In this document: positions 36,961 through 49,232 of the stretch, in pieces
Layout of the letters: every line of letters starts with the position of its first letter
Numbering within the stretch: position 1 is the stretch's first letter
Assembly: GCA_964270895.1 (NCBI GenBank)
Contig: OZ185445.1
Reading direction: 5' to 3' (one strand)
Length of the DNA stretch: 64,000 bases
Origin: Podarcis filfolensis
Lineage: Eukaryota
Program-made: the position numbers and the translations under genes
The notes under the pieces: model-generated
What the model was told of the DNA's origin: nothing
Databases searched by the model: none
Seen by the model: the letters and a program-made list of their open reading frames with translations, nothing else

Positions 36961-38505
36961 ATTGTGGACTCAAATTGAGACTGGTGGATCAGTATCTCAT
37001 CCATCCATCCATTTATTTTATATACCACCCTTCATCCATGGATCACAGGTCAGTTTACAGTATAAAAACACAAAAATATTTAACATACAAACAAACAAAA
37101 CGATACCCACCCCCACATTTCAACTCTAGAGAGATGTTCTGTGTAGATTCCAAAACCATTTCCCATTGTACAGCACATTCTAATTCCCTGTTCCAGAACT
37201 CTCTGAATAAGCAGCAGTCATGGTTTCAGCTTTATTAGGATATCCAATAATTCACTTAAATAATTCAGGAGATACTGAAGCACTCAAAGCAGGTGTTCCA
37301 TAAACAAACGTCGTAATAGGCGTTGTCATTGACAATATTGCCATTCAGCACTCGCTGGTAAATGATATTTAAACCACAATATGGAAAATGGCAAAAAAAA
37401 TTACATATGATCTAATGCATATATCCCACAATCATTCCTTCTACAAAAAGCTGCCTCCCTATCCTCAAATCTGGATTACCCCATAAAGTGAACTTTTTTT
37501 CTAGCATATGGGTTGAATTGTATTTGATCAGACAAGATACACTATGTCACTCTCGTGGCAAAAATTACAGGTGGTATAGGTACTTAAAAGCTAGTTATCC
37601 TGGGAAGGGTGTTTATGCAATCACCTCTAAATTACTATGCTGTGATATTAATAGAAGAAGGAACTTGCCCGTTGTTTGTGTTAAAAGATATGCCTTGTGG
37701 TATAAGCTAACATCTAGAAAATGAAATTCTTCTTCCTATACTGGTAGTTGCATTCTCTCTAGTGAGAAGTGAAACAGCGAGTTGTCCCACTGATCTTTGA
37801 AAAATATATTCACTACACTGAAATATCATCACACTACTTCAAATAGTTGGTGAAGAATCCCCCCCAGCAGTGTATATTTTGCTGGTTCCCTTCCATGTTA
37901 AGTTTATGCTGCTGGAATTTGTTCAACACTTTTCATATTGCTTGCCTCCAGACTGCCCATATTTTGCAGGAGGGATTCAGTTGCATAGGTTTGTGCAATT
38001 AAAGTGGATTAAAGTGGACTCTGATGCAACAAATCCACACAAAAACAACAACAACCCAGACTGACTTTTTGTAGTTAGGAAAGTGACAGGTAAATGTATG
38101 TATAACCACCATGTAAGCAAATCACAATGAACTCAGGATGAATGCTCATTGTCACATAATGTTTGTGAGAGCAAGCAAATCAGAGTGAATGCTCCATAAA
38201 ACTGGACATTGTCTAACCTGCTCATAAGTGTGTTGCAAGCAAATCAAGACAAATCTTCAATAAACAGGAGGAGCACATTGTTACCTTATTAGGTTCAGTG
38301 TACATTAGTTTTTGTTTATAATGAATTATGTTTCGTTTCTTCTGTTTTTATTATTGTCTGTTTGGAGAAACAATTCAGATTATTTCTTTAAAATAATAAT
38401 ATTAATAATGGTGATGTGTTTTCTTCCAAATCAGTTTTTACCAATATGCAAAATTCTGCAGAGTCAATTGTTTCATCGGTTCACTAAGATTCCTTTAACC
38501 AAAAT

Positions 38506-38583
38506 AAAAAATTCCTTCCAGTAGCACCTTAGAGACCAACAAACTTAGTTGGCCTCTAAGGTGCTACTGGAAGGAATTTTTTT
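38506..38583. repeat. Short palindrome of Penelope-like pLTR termini
   Basis: AAAAAATTCCTTCCAGTAGCACCTTAGAG and its exact reverse complement at 38554-38582; same family as 6198-6345. Confidence 0.8.
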
Positions 38584-38584
38584 A

Positions 38585-38797
38585 CAGTGGAACCTCAGGT
38601 TAAGTACTTAATTCATTCCGGAGGTCCCTACTTAACCTTAAACTGTTCTTAACCCAAAGCACCACTTTAGCTAATAGGGCCTCCTGCTGCTGCCGTGCCA
38701 CCGGAGCACAATTTCTGTTCTCATCCTGAAGCAAAGTTCTTAACCTGAAGCACTATTTCTGGGTTAGCGGAATCTGTAACCTCAGTGTATGTAACCT
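38585..38797. mobile_element. Tc1/mariner-type MITE (family A), right end lost
   Basis: TA|CAGTGGAACCTC start; body matches the family; terminal GGTACCACTG is absent. Confidence 0.85.
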
Positions 38798-39334
38798 GTA
38801 AGTATTCGTTTAAACCAGTCCGAGTCTGCAACCCAGGCACCACTTAACTGGAGTAAGCCCCATTAAAGTCAACAAGACTTACTTCTTAGTAGACATGGTT
38901 AGGCTTGTACTGTGGTGTTTAGCTTCATCTCTGAACATCAGTTGACCTCCGCTTTTCTTTGTTTACTGTCATTGCCTATGCTTATAATCAGTTGCCTGTT
39001 CTAAGTTTAGAATACCTGTGCCTCATTAACTGCTCTGAGTGCTTCTTGCTCATCTAATGGTGCATGAAGAACGTTTCTCCCCATGACGGAGGTGAGAGAG
39101 CATCTTGGTCTTGTTAGAGGCTGAAGTAGGTTTACAGGCTGATGATGCTTCAGTTATAATTGTTTTTGGAGCAATTTGCCCTTTAGTTCTTCCTTCTCTG
39201 AAAATAGCGGGGGGGGGGGAGGGGAGCGGTGGGGAGAGAGAAAATACATTTTTTAAAAGGCTATAAAGAAAAACAAGTTGAGGGATGTGTCTTTTCTACT
39301 TTAATACTTTCCAATCTTTGGAACGTGAAAGCTG

Positions 39335-39356
39335 TATTATTATTATTATTATTATT
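39335..39356. repeat. (TTA)n microsatellite
   Basis: tattattattattattattatt. Confidence 0.85.
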
Positions 39357-40738
39357 TAAAATTTATAACCTGCCCTGTGAAAGCTGAATGATGATGATTT
39401 CAATTAACCCAATGCCTTTTTAACATGTGTTGGGGGGCATTATTGGATTGTTCTGTTTTTTATTATGTATTGTGTGTTTTTAATACTGCGATTTTACGTT
39501 GCAACCACCCTGAGACCTGCAGGTATAGGGGCATTATACAAATTTAATCAAAAATAGTAATAATTTATAACTTGCCTTTCCTTCCCAAGGAGCCCAAGGC
39601 AGCAAAATGTTTAACAACAAATATCATTTAAAAAATCATTCTATCAAACCCTTTGTTTTTGTGCCTCTTTTCTTGCAGCATGTGGATTCAAATCAGAATA
39701 CCAAGTCATGATATTCACAGTTTTTGCACGCACACTTTACAGGTATAAATGAATGGAAAGAAGAGATGGAAAATGTCCTGCTGGTAAGCTAGTGCAGGGG
39801 AGCAGGGATTTGGCGAAACTTTATATAAAGACTGTAATTTAAAGACTGTAATCTGCTCCTGAACAACTTGTGACTTTACAGCCATGGAGCGTAGCTGACC
39901 AGGTGCTTGAAAACACTTGGATTTCTACCATTCAAGGCAGAGATGAAAAACAGGAAGTTTATCAAGCCCCTACTGAGCCAGCATGTATGGATTCAAATTG
40001 GGCAGGCGTGTTGTAAATCAAGTGTATTCCAGTGTGATGCAACAGTCAAGGAGTTTGTCCTACATTTGGAGGTGTTTGTTTGCCATGAATGAAAAATCGA
40101 GTCAAATAGGAACCATTCTATTCAGTTTCCATTGGTTCTGAAATAAGAAAGGGAAACTCTTTCGTCATTCACGTCTATAGTAAGTTTCGTATGAATGGCT
40201 GGACTTATCTTTCTGTGGTGGTAACGGCAGAGCTGATTTGGGGAAAATGTTGCTGGAGCTCATATTTTATTTTCTTAGAATGCCCCCTGATATCTGCATG
40301 TCTGGCTATCTGTGAAATCCAACGCATACTTTTCGATTTTCAGAAAACAAAAATAGGACACTGAATGTGGACAACGTCCCAAGTTAGGGGTGACACCGGC
40401 CTAAAGTGAGATGTTCCAGAAGTATGACATGACAGGAGAAGATACAATATGGTAGTTCGCAAACTAGAACAGTTACTTCCGGGTTTGCGGCGTTCGGGAG
40501 CCAAAACGTTCAAGAACTAAGCTGTTCGAAAACCAAGGTACAATTGTAGAGTTTTCTTGCTTCATTGGAAATGATGCACCTGGAATTGGAGTTCAGAAAT
40601 GTGAAACAAAGAGTACAGAGGAAAGCATGTAGGGGCAGTTTTCGTGTCAGGGATGCCTCCACCTGAATTTTGGTGACAGGAGCAAAGGGTGTTGCATAAC
40701 AGCTAGATATCTTTGTGTAAGAGTATCTCATAAAAAAA

Positions 40739-41083
40739 GGGACGCGAGTGGCACTGTGGGTTAAACCACAGAGCCTAGGACTTGCCGATCAGAAGGTCGG
40801 CGGTTCGAATCCCTGCGACGGGGTGAGCTCCCATTGCTCGGTCCCAGCTCCTGCCAACCTAGCAGTTCGAAAGCACATCAAAGTGCAAGTAGATAAATAG
40901 GTACCACTCCAGCGGGAAGGTAAATGGCATTTCCGTGTGCTTCTCTGGTTTCGCCAGAAGTGACTTAGTCATGCTGGCCACATGACCCGGAAGCTGTACG
41001 CCGGCTCCCTCGGCCAATAAAGCGAGATTAGCGCCACAACCCCAGAGTCAGCCATGACTGGACCTAATGGTCAGGGGTCCCTT
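40739..41083 (+). mobile_element. Sauria SINE
   Basis: Full length; 13-bp TSD tatctcataaaaa. Confidence 0.93.
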
Positions 41084-42415
41084 TATCTCATAAAAAGGAA
41101 GGTGGGGAAAATGTGGCTCTCTAGATATTGTTGGATTTTAGCTCCCATCAGCCGTAACCAGCATGGCCCATGGCCAAAGGTGATAAGAGCTGTAGTCCAA
41201 CAACATCTGGGAGCCATGGGTTCCCTACTCACATATTAAAACCGTTTTATTTAATGGCTTCTCACTGCAGGCTCCTGGAGTATTTTTATGGGGCTATAAT
41301 AGCAATGGAATAAATAATGCATTCAGCTCATCAATAAAGCTACATATCAACCTAAGCAATTTGTAACATTGGGTATTTTTATTTATTTAAAATATTTGTA
41401 TCTCCCCTACCAAGCAACAGCTCACAAGACAGCTTTGTAGAATGTCTCATGGTTGCCTGATGACAGCTATGTCTCCTGACTGCTAAACATAATGTGTGAA
41501 TTATTTCTTACACTTAAAAAAGGCAGATTAAGAAATGTGGGGCTAGCTGGGTTCTATTTCTTTATGCAACTGATTCCACGAATGAGAGTTACACATTTTT
41601 GCAACATAATCTTTGCATTGCCACTTGAAAAAAAGAAGACAAGAGAATTAGGATCAGATTGTGTTACCTTAAGTTTGAGTGCTGCTTTGCAACAAGTTCT
41701 GCAAGTAAAAACCAAAGAAGCTGAAAGCACAAACCAATTCACTTAGGATTCAATTTCTGTTGCACAAAGTAAGATATCATTTGTAGCACAATGTGATGCA
41801 TCTTCTGAGCTAACAGAAGGACCACAGGCCATTAAAAGCACATAAAATAGGTATTTCAGAGGGATCTCACTGTGTGCATTAAGTATGTTATTTAACACAA
41901 TCCTGAAGGCTTCTACAATAAGGGCATTTACACAGGATGTGGTTGCCATGTTGAAGCCTCTTTAAATTGCCTCCTGCAGTAACGGGTTCTGTGTGGCAAG
42001 CTACCTGCATCCAAGCCCACCCAGGGATAGCTGTGGGCGGGATTCCTGCATTTCGGGGGGCTGGATCCCTTCCAACTCTGCAACTCTATGATTCCATGAT
42101 TCTAATGAGTTGCCATGTGATATGGGGATCTGTCCCATATCTTACAGAAATGATTTGGTCTCAGAAACTACCTTCAGAATTTCTTCAGCAAGTGTTAATG
42201 TCAAATATAACTTGATATATTCTGAATATTCAAGTAGTCCGTGAATCATCAGTATTTGACACCAGGTGACATTTGATTTCAGTACTTGACAGCCTTTTAT
42301 CATTGATTTCCAGTGATATTTAGCACTGGACTGTGGAACAGGTGGCATGCAATGATATTTAGTATGTGACAGCCCCAGACAGACAACATGCAATGGTGTG
42401 TGTGTGTGTGTCTCT

Positions 42416-42522
42416 GGACCCTATTGTTTTAGGACCAATCAGAATACTGCATTCTGAATCCTATTGTTCTAGGACCAATCAGACTGCTGCAATTTCGATC
42501 CTATTCAACTCAGTACATAACA
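42416..42522 (-). mobile_element. Truncated LTR (same family as 61553-61919)
   Basis: Minus strand begins TGTTATGTACTGAG and carries the same 40-bp CCAAT-containing subrepeat. Confidence 0.8.
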
Positions 42523-43110
42523 GTAAACCACCAGAAGGGGGAGCCCCATCGATGCAGAGAAACTTGAGCTCCCCTACGTGTTCCCGACGGGGTCGTGTCA
42601 TGGCCCTAGCCCCGCCCCAGGCTTCGGACAAGATCCACACCCCTAGATTCCTTTAACGAAATACCCTTAAACTTGGAGGGGCAGGTGATGGCCACACCTC
42701 CCCTTACCCATCAAAAGGTCAAACAATGTGTAACCGCAGAACCTCACAAAGCTGTGACGATTGCTACGAGGTAGGCGAAAACCAAATGGCCCGTGCCAAT
42801 TTTGCCAAGTGGAAAAATTCCTACCAGGCCCCTCAGCGGCGACCAACCAAGGTCCATAGCAAGGCCAATGAAAACCTGCAAAAGGGAGGAAGGGTGGGAG
42901 ATTCAGGAAGTGAGCCAAGAAGAAGCCCCCCGGCTAGCGCCCTCACTTAAATGGTCCTGGCCACGCCCCCACCAGCAGGCGGATTGGCTGGCTGTGTGCT
43001 GATGCGGCCAGGATCCCCAGGGCAACGCGGGACTTCATCCCCCGCCCCTGGGGGGAGTGGGTGGCTACCGCAACGCCTCCCCACTAGGAAGTGGAGCGGA
43101 TTTCCTTATA
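42523..43110 (-). mobile_element. Partial LTR related to 49233-50107
   Basis: Shares the block ttcgcct..c.cgtagcaa..cgtcaca and general layout with the solo LTR at 49233; CpG-rich. Confidence 0.55.
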
Positions 43111-43792
43111 GCTCTTACTTCATGAAGTAACTTTTAAAGTCCTTTTCAAATAATGCCCCGCAAAGCACCTGCATTTAGCTTCTGTTCATTTCTGTTCATT
43201 TTTGTTCATTTCATACAGAATTTGGAAAAATGGCAGGGGGTTGGACTAGATGACCCTTGGGTCCCTTCCAGGTCTACAATTCTAGGAAAGCTGCATTGAT
43301 TTGGAACACCTAGCACTAAGCTGAGGCTTTTTAACAGAAAGAGGTTCCTCCCTAGGGCTTGTGCAATGAAACGATCATGAATTGTTGATCGAATCGGCCC
43401 CTTTACTTTAAATTATGCTGAGTGGTAGTGCGAAAATAAGAAAAACCTCAAATGACAAACAGCAGGCTACAAGGACTCAGCATCGCTTTTCATTTCTTTG
43501 CTTTTGTCAGTGTTTGTCAAAAAGCTTTAATGGTTTCCAAAACCATTTATTCCTTCCATTACTGGCTTTTTCAAAACCTCATAATATTTAAAACACTTAC
43601 CGTAATTTCATTTCTTAAAAGAACATCATGCAGGTATATAATTAGCGTGGGATCAAACTGGATTTTTCCCCGCCTGTAAAATACAGCTGCAATCAGCTGA
43701 AATGCCAGCTAAGGCTGTAATCCTTGATGCATGTACCTCAGAGCAAGCTCCATCAAACTCAGAGGGCTTACTTCTGAAGACATAACAATAAT

Positions 43793-44075
43793 TTTATTAT
43801 TTGTACCCCACCCACCTGACTGAGTTGCCCCAGCCACTTGGGGGGTGGGCTTCCAACACATATAAAAGCATAACAAAACATCTAAGATTAAAAACATCCC
43901 TACATGGCCTTCAGACGTTTTCTAAAAATTGTGTAGCTACTGATCTCCTTGATATCTGATGGGAGAGTGTTCCACAGGGTGGGTGCCACTACTGAGAAGG
44001 CCCTCCATCTGGTTTCCTGTAGCTTCACTTCTTGCAGTGAGGGAACCACCAGAGCTGGACCTCAGTGTCCGGGCT
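43793..44075 (-). mobile_element. L2-type LINE 3' fragment
   Basis: gagtgttccacagggtgggtgccactactgagaaggccc corresponds to the reverse RAFSVVAPTLWN motif. Confidence 0.75.
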
Positions 44076-44610
44076 GAATGATGGGGGGTGGGGTGGACTA
44101 TAACTCCTATCAGCCCTGACCATTGGGCCATGCTGCCTGGGGCTGATGGGAGTTGGATTTCACCAACAGCTGAAAGTGCCCCATCCCCGATCTAGTCCTA
44201 CCACACCAAGTCCCTGCTGCTGCTGATCATGCCTCTTTTCCTCTCCTGAGTTCCTCGCTGTGTACTTTCCTCCCCGCCTTTCCCTGCCATTCCGTCCTAC
44301 GAGTGATTTGCACCATTTCAAGTTAAGATGTTGAGAGAAGAGCTCGGCAGGAAGGCGGATTGTTTCTAAGCTCTTCAAGGCCACTTTTCTTTTCACCTAT
44401 CAAAAAGCGAGAGAGATTCCTTGAATAGCACGAAGCCTAGGGCACTGTTACGTTAAATGCATTTTAATGACATACAACAGACCTTGGCAAAGATGTTCCT
44501 TTAGAAATTCTCATTCTTCCCACCCTCTACCGCCCACCAACTACATTACAAACAGCCATCCCAATATTAACAAAGTTTGGGATGGCCAGAAAATGGCTTA
44601 AGATGTGCAT

Positions 44611-45075
44611 TAGCCTGGATAAGGAGTTGGTTAGAGTATGACGCGGGTGGCGCTGTGGGTTAAACCACAGAGCCTAGGACTTGCAGATCAGAAGGTTGGC
44701 GGTTCGAATCCCTGCAACGGGGTGAGCTCCTGTTGCTCGGTCCCTGCTCCTGCCAACCTAGCAGTTCGAAAGCACGTCAAAGTGCAAGTAGATAAATAGG
44801 TACCGTAAACGGCGTTTCCGTGCACTGCTCTGGTTCGCCAGAAGCGGCTTCGTCATGCTGGCCACATGACCCGGAAGCTGGACACCGGCTCCCTCGGCCA
44901 ACAATGCGAGATGAGCGCCGCAACCCCAGAGTCGGCCACGACTGGACCTAACGGTCAGGGGTCCCTTTACCTTTACCTAGAGTATGATGCTGATAATGCC
45001 AAGGTTGCAGGTTCGACAGCTGAATTGCAAGGACTAGATTATCCTTAGGGTCCCTTCCAACTCTACAGTTCTATG
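44611..45075 (+). mobile_element. tRNA-derived SINE (CR1 tail) split by a Sauria SINE
   Basis: Head at 44611-44641; remainder resumes at 44978 through ttccaactctacagttcta. Confidence 0.75.
44642..44977 (+). mobile_element. Sauria SINE
   Basis: 10-bp TSD tagagtatga (44632-44641, 44978-44987). Confidence 0.93.
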
Positions 45076-45192
45076 GTTGTATAAATAAACTCTAAGATAT
45101 GCATTAAAAACAATAGAACTTACGAAGCTGCCTCTTACTGAGGAATCAGCAACATTAGTAGAGAAATAGTTTTAAATGCTTTATAACACCAT

Positions 45193-45210
45193 TGACACCA
45201 GATGGCGCTG
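45193..45210 (+). promoter_or_regulatory. CTCF-like motif
   Basis: TGACACCAGATGGCGCTG is a near-consensus CTCF core in non-repeat sequence. Confidence 0.6.
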
Positions 45211-45906
45211 TAGAGTTCCGCCTTTCGCAAATGTGATTTCCCAATATGAGGTTTACAACGCGCTTTCCTGAAACACTTTTTTTTATGTGTCTAGATCTAG
45301 TCTGAGTCAGGGCGCTGGTCCATATAGCTCAATAGTGTCTATACTACAGCCCTACCAGACCCTCCCAGCCCTACCAGAAGATGCTGAAGAATTGAGCACG
45401 GGAATTTTTGCATCTCAGAGTGTGCAAGCAAATATTATACACTCACGTGTCTGCCAAATTTTATTTTTATTTATTTTAAAAAGCAAGCCACTTAGGGACT
45501 TCTTTAAAAACAATGGGCTGGTGCCAAACCCTTTCCCATTCATATCTTCCCCATTCCAAATGGCTCCAGGCTGTTTTCATCCCCGCTGTGGTGGGTTACA
45601 AAATGAACATCTGCATTTTGAACACTGTTGGGACGAAGTGTATGAAAGTTGTTTTAAGGACCATTTCGTGTGGGACGCTGTAGTCAGAGAAAGGGCTAAC
45701 CACCATTTATGCAGCATTTCAGCTCCAAATCTCGCTCCCTTCCTGTGACTATTTAGTTGCAATCCTTACAATAATCTGGTAAACAGTGCTTTTTTTTCTG
45801 CGCCAGAGTGCAGTTCCAGCACCTCTCAGGTGAAGGCCATTGAGGGCTAGTGCTGCCCCAGCCCGCTTCTTATATATAAATACTTCTGAGAAGCCCAAAA
45901 TGAATA

Positions 45907-46095
45907 CAGTCATACCTTGGGTTACAGATGCTTTGGGTTGCGCACTGTGCCGAACCCAGAAGTACCAGAATGGGTTACTTCCGGGTTTCATCGCTTGCGC
46001 ATGCGCAGAAGCCCTGAATCGCAACCCACATGTGGCACTGCGGGTTGCGAACGTGCTTCCCACATGGATCACATTTGCAACCCGAGCGTCCACTG
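45907..46095. mobile_element. Tc1/mariner (Tigger/pogo-like) MITE, family D
   Basis: TA|CAGTCATACCTTGGGTT...AACCCGAGCGTCCACTG|TA. A related fragment lies near 40444-40546. Confidence 0.7.
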
Positions 46096-46587
46096 TATTT
46101 CAAGTCAAAACAGAAGCTGGCCAGCATGTGTGAGTCTACACTTTTTTTTTAGATCTAGCTCCTAGCCACTCCTGGCCACAATTGGTCAAGCTATGAAATG
46201 GGGCCAATTCATATTTCCTTTTCTTCAGTCTATCTCCTGTGTACCAGCGGTGCACTTAAACTTGCCAGCTAGGCCTCTACCATTGCACACACTTGTGTTT
46301 GTGTGAGGGCCCTTAGATGGCTGCCATAGCCATCTGCCTGAATCTAAGACAATGAGGGAGGCAGCAGTGCATTTATTTGTCCTGCACCAGAACTAGGGGT
46401 GATCCCCAAACCGGACAGGGAGACAGCTTGCTGTACTTCTTAGCACCTCTGCAGGTGGCGAATGTGGCTGTTGTCAAACTGTCATCTGTTCAGGGCTGCC
46501 CTGAGGTGTCCGGCAACTTACTGTAACAACTTCATGGTGAGTTTTGGCACCTGTTTTTCTTAGGGGGAAAGCACTGCCTGTAAAGTA

Positions 46588-46802
46588 CAGTGGCACCTCG
46601 GGTTAAGAACTTAATTCGTTCTGGAGGTCTGCTCTTAACCTGAAACTGTTCTTAACCTGAGGTACCACTTTAGCTAATGGGACCTCCTGCTGCTGCCGTG
46701 CCGCCGCCGTTCTCATCCTGAAGTAAATTTCTTAACCCAAGGTACTATTTCTGGGTTAGCGGAGTCTGTAACCTGAAGCGTCTGTAACCCGAGGTACCAC
46801 TG
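46588..46802. mobile_element. Tc1/mariner-type MITE (family A)
   Basis: TA|CAGTGGCACCTCGGG...GAGGTACCACTG|TA. Confidence 0.9.
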
Positions 46803-48063
46803 TATTATAATCGCAAATGGCAAAACTGAGGCTGAAAGTGGTTTGCCTTAGGGCCAACTAGTAGGCATATGGCAGAAGTGAGATTTAAACCAGTGGCTTT
46901 CTGATTCACAGCATGCTATGCCACACCAGCTCCACAGATTCTAATCCAGAGACTTGTGCATAATGTGCAAAAAGTCCCTGACTTGCACTCAGTCTTAAAC
47001 ACATTACATAGCTTTTTCTCTCTCCAACCACTGCAATGAATGTGGGGTTGGAAAAAAAGAATGTAGAGAATAGCGCTTGGAGTTTTTGCTTTTTGGGTAG
47101 TTTTAAACATTTGTTTTCTAAATATCCTTGGGCCAGACCTAACACACAGAGTGAAAGAGAGCAGGAAAAATATTCAGCTATCATTAAAAAAACATGTAAA
47201 GCTACCAGTGTGATTTTTATTTTCTTCAGGCTTCAACACAAAGTCTAAACATTACCTGACAAAGAAAACAACTTTCGAAAATTTGCTAAACTCCACCTTG
47301 GCAACACTTTTCAACAGCAAAGGAATCTTGCTCTCACACTCCAAACAACATTCAAGGTAACTCAGATCTGGATCAAGCAAAGAATCAGCATTAATTTCAT
47401 AGTAGCTTGTTCTGAGATCTCCAGCCTGATTTCCACATCAAAGAAGGTACACTCTTTTAGTTAGGTTTTGGATACTCTTCCAAACCAAGCCCTCAACTCT
47501 CTTGAGCTTTGCCCATCATTAATATTTACCCAAGTCATCATCCAGAAAAACTGGAGGCAACTATTAATTCCTTCATACTGACTTTAAAATGGAAGATCAT
47601 GCTTGGGGACAGAACCATAGGCTGCCTCTGTTTCAAGAGGGGAAAAATAGCAAACCCTCGGAACCATTTTTTTTCATCCTGTTTGATGTGAAAACTTCCC
47701 TACAGATATTTCAGCACGGTTTCCTAAGTTATACGAGATGTGGAGATGTGGAAAATCAGCTGACCCAAACCTTGCTTAGCAAAATCAACATCTCTGAGAT
47801 TATTAACATAATTTAATGTTTATATATATATTTTTTCTTGCAGAATATTATGATCTGAAGTAATTTCATCTGGAGCAGAGTTTTGTTGATTATTATTAAT
47901 AACGGTCAAATGATTAAACAACAAAAGTTAACAAAATGGCTATATATTTGCTCGACTGTGTTGCAGGCAGAGAAACAGTGGTTTATGTGGAGTCACGGGT
48001 CATTTCCCTGTGTATATCAGGGGGTAAGAAGCCCTTGCCTGGCCTCTCTTCATGCTCAACATC

Positions 48064-48555
48064 TGTCAGGGAATGATCAGAAGATGAGGACTGGGGAATG
48101 CGTTCTATGGCAGACCAGCTTCTCTCCAATGGAGAGCTGGAGGGGCAAGTCGCCCCCACTTGTCCACAGCATGTTCAGAAGCACAGAGAGAGAGAGGAGC
48201 TGAACAGCTTAGGGAGGAGTTACCCAGTTATGAGATAATGACAACAGAACCAGAAGGGAGGGGGCAGCTAGTTGAGACGTCACTTGAGAGCATGGGGGAC
48301 CCCTCCCTCACCACGGACTCGGAGGCCCGAACGTATGAGAGAGCAAAGGAGTCAGAGGGAGGGAGGACCTTCCCGTTGGCGCCCAAAATGCTGCAGAAGT
48401 AAGATTAGACTAGCCAACTGCCCTCCTTGCGGAGAGCTGTGTATCTGTGCTTGCAACATGATGCTGTAATAAACGGACCATAAATCTTATCAACTGCTTG
48501 TTAATTCGTATCTGTGAAATTGCCGAAGGGAGGGGAGGACTCTCCACGCCTGACA
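48064..48555 (+). mobile_element. Solo LTR (492 bp)
   Basis: TGTCAGG...CCTGACA termini, AATAAA near 48467, flanks acatc/acatt. Confidence 0.8.
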
Positions 48556-49232
48556 ACATTGCTTCTGGATTCTTGGCTGTAATTCTGGGAAATCTCATGC
48601 CAGACTCCTGCTGACTTCGTTTGGACTACTGAGCTGATTGCCGGGGTCATTGATTGGAGTGGATGGCGATGTTTGCTTTAGCTTCAAATGGACTTTATTC
48701 ATGATGATCACTAGTGATCGTTAAATATCTCATCACGGCACTCAGCCCTATCCATCAAGGCACTTGCTGTTGTAACGACTGCATAGAAATAAATTACTCT
48801 CTGCTTTATGTTGTCCTAGTGGAGTGGCCCAATATAAAAATATTTCAAAGGAGTGCCATAAATTAGCCCCAGTCCTCGAATTAAATACGGGAAGCCGAAG
48901 AGGACTCGTGGTGCTTCGCTCGCTCCAAATGGCAAGGGGGAGTGGAGCTCCTGATGCAAATTGCTGGAAAGAAACAAAGCCTGCCTTGTTGATGATGAAA
49001 TGAGCATCTGTTGAATTGTCAGAGCATCAGTATAGTTTTACGAGAGTAGCTTTTATTCACAGTGCAGCTCAAATTCAGACTCAGCATGGGTCTGTGTTGC
49101 ACAAGCCAGCCCCATTATGAAGTTCTGATTACACAAGGAAGGAGCATTAATGGTCGGCATCCTCTAAGGAAGTTTCTCTGGGCAAAATGACCATTGGGCG
49201 ATACCCAATTAACTCTATCAGAGCTAGGATTT

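Noticed and set aside
41492-41900. Protein-like + strand reading (TNQFT*DSISVAQSKISFVAQ)
   Set aside because: In-frame stops, no convincing splice sites, and no family I recognise. A tBLASTx hit would reopen it.
45287-45748. 153-aa + strand ORF in unique sequence
   Set aside because: No recognisable domain or exon structure; a length like this arises by chance in 64 kb.
48698-48800. ATGATGA C-box-like motif suggesting a snoRNA
   Set aside because: No D box at a suitable distance, no terminal stem, and no host intron established.
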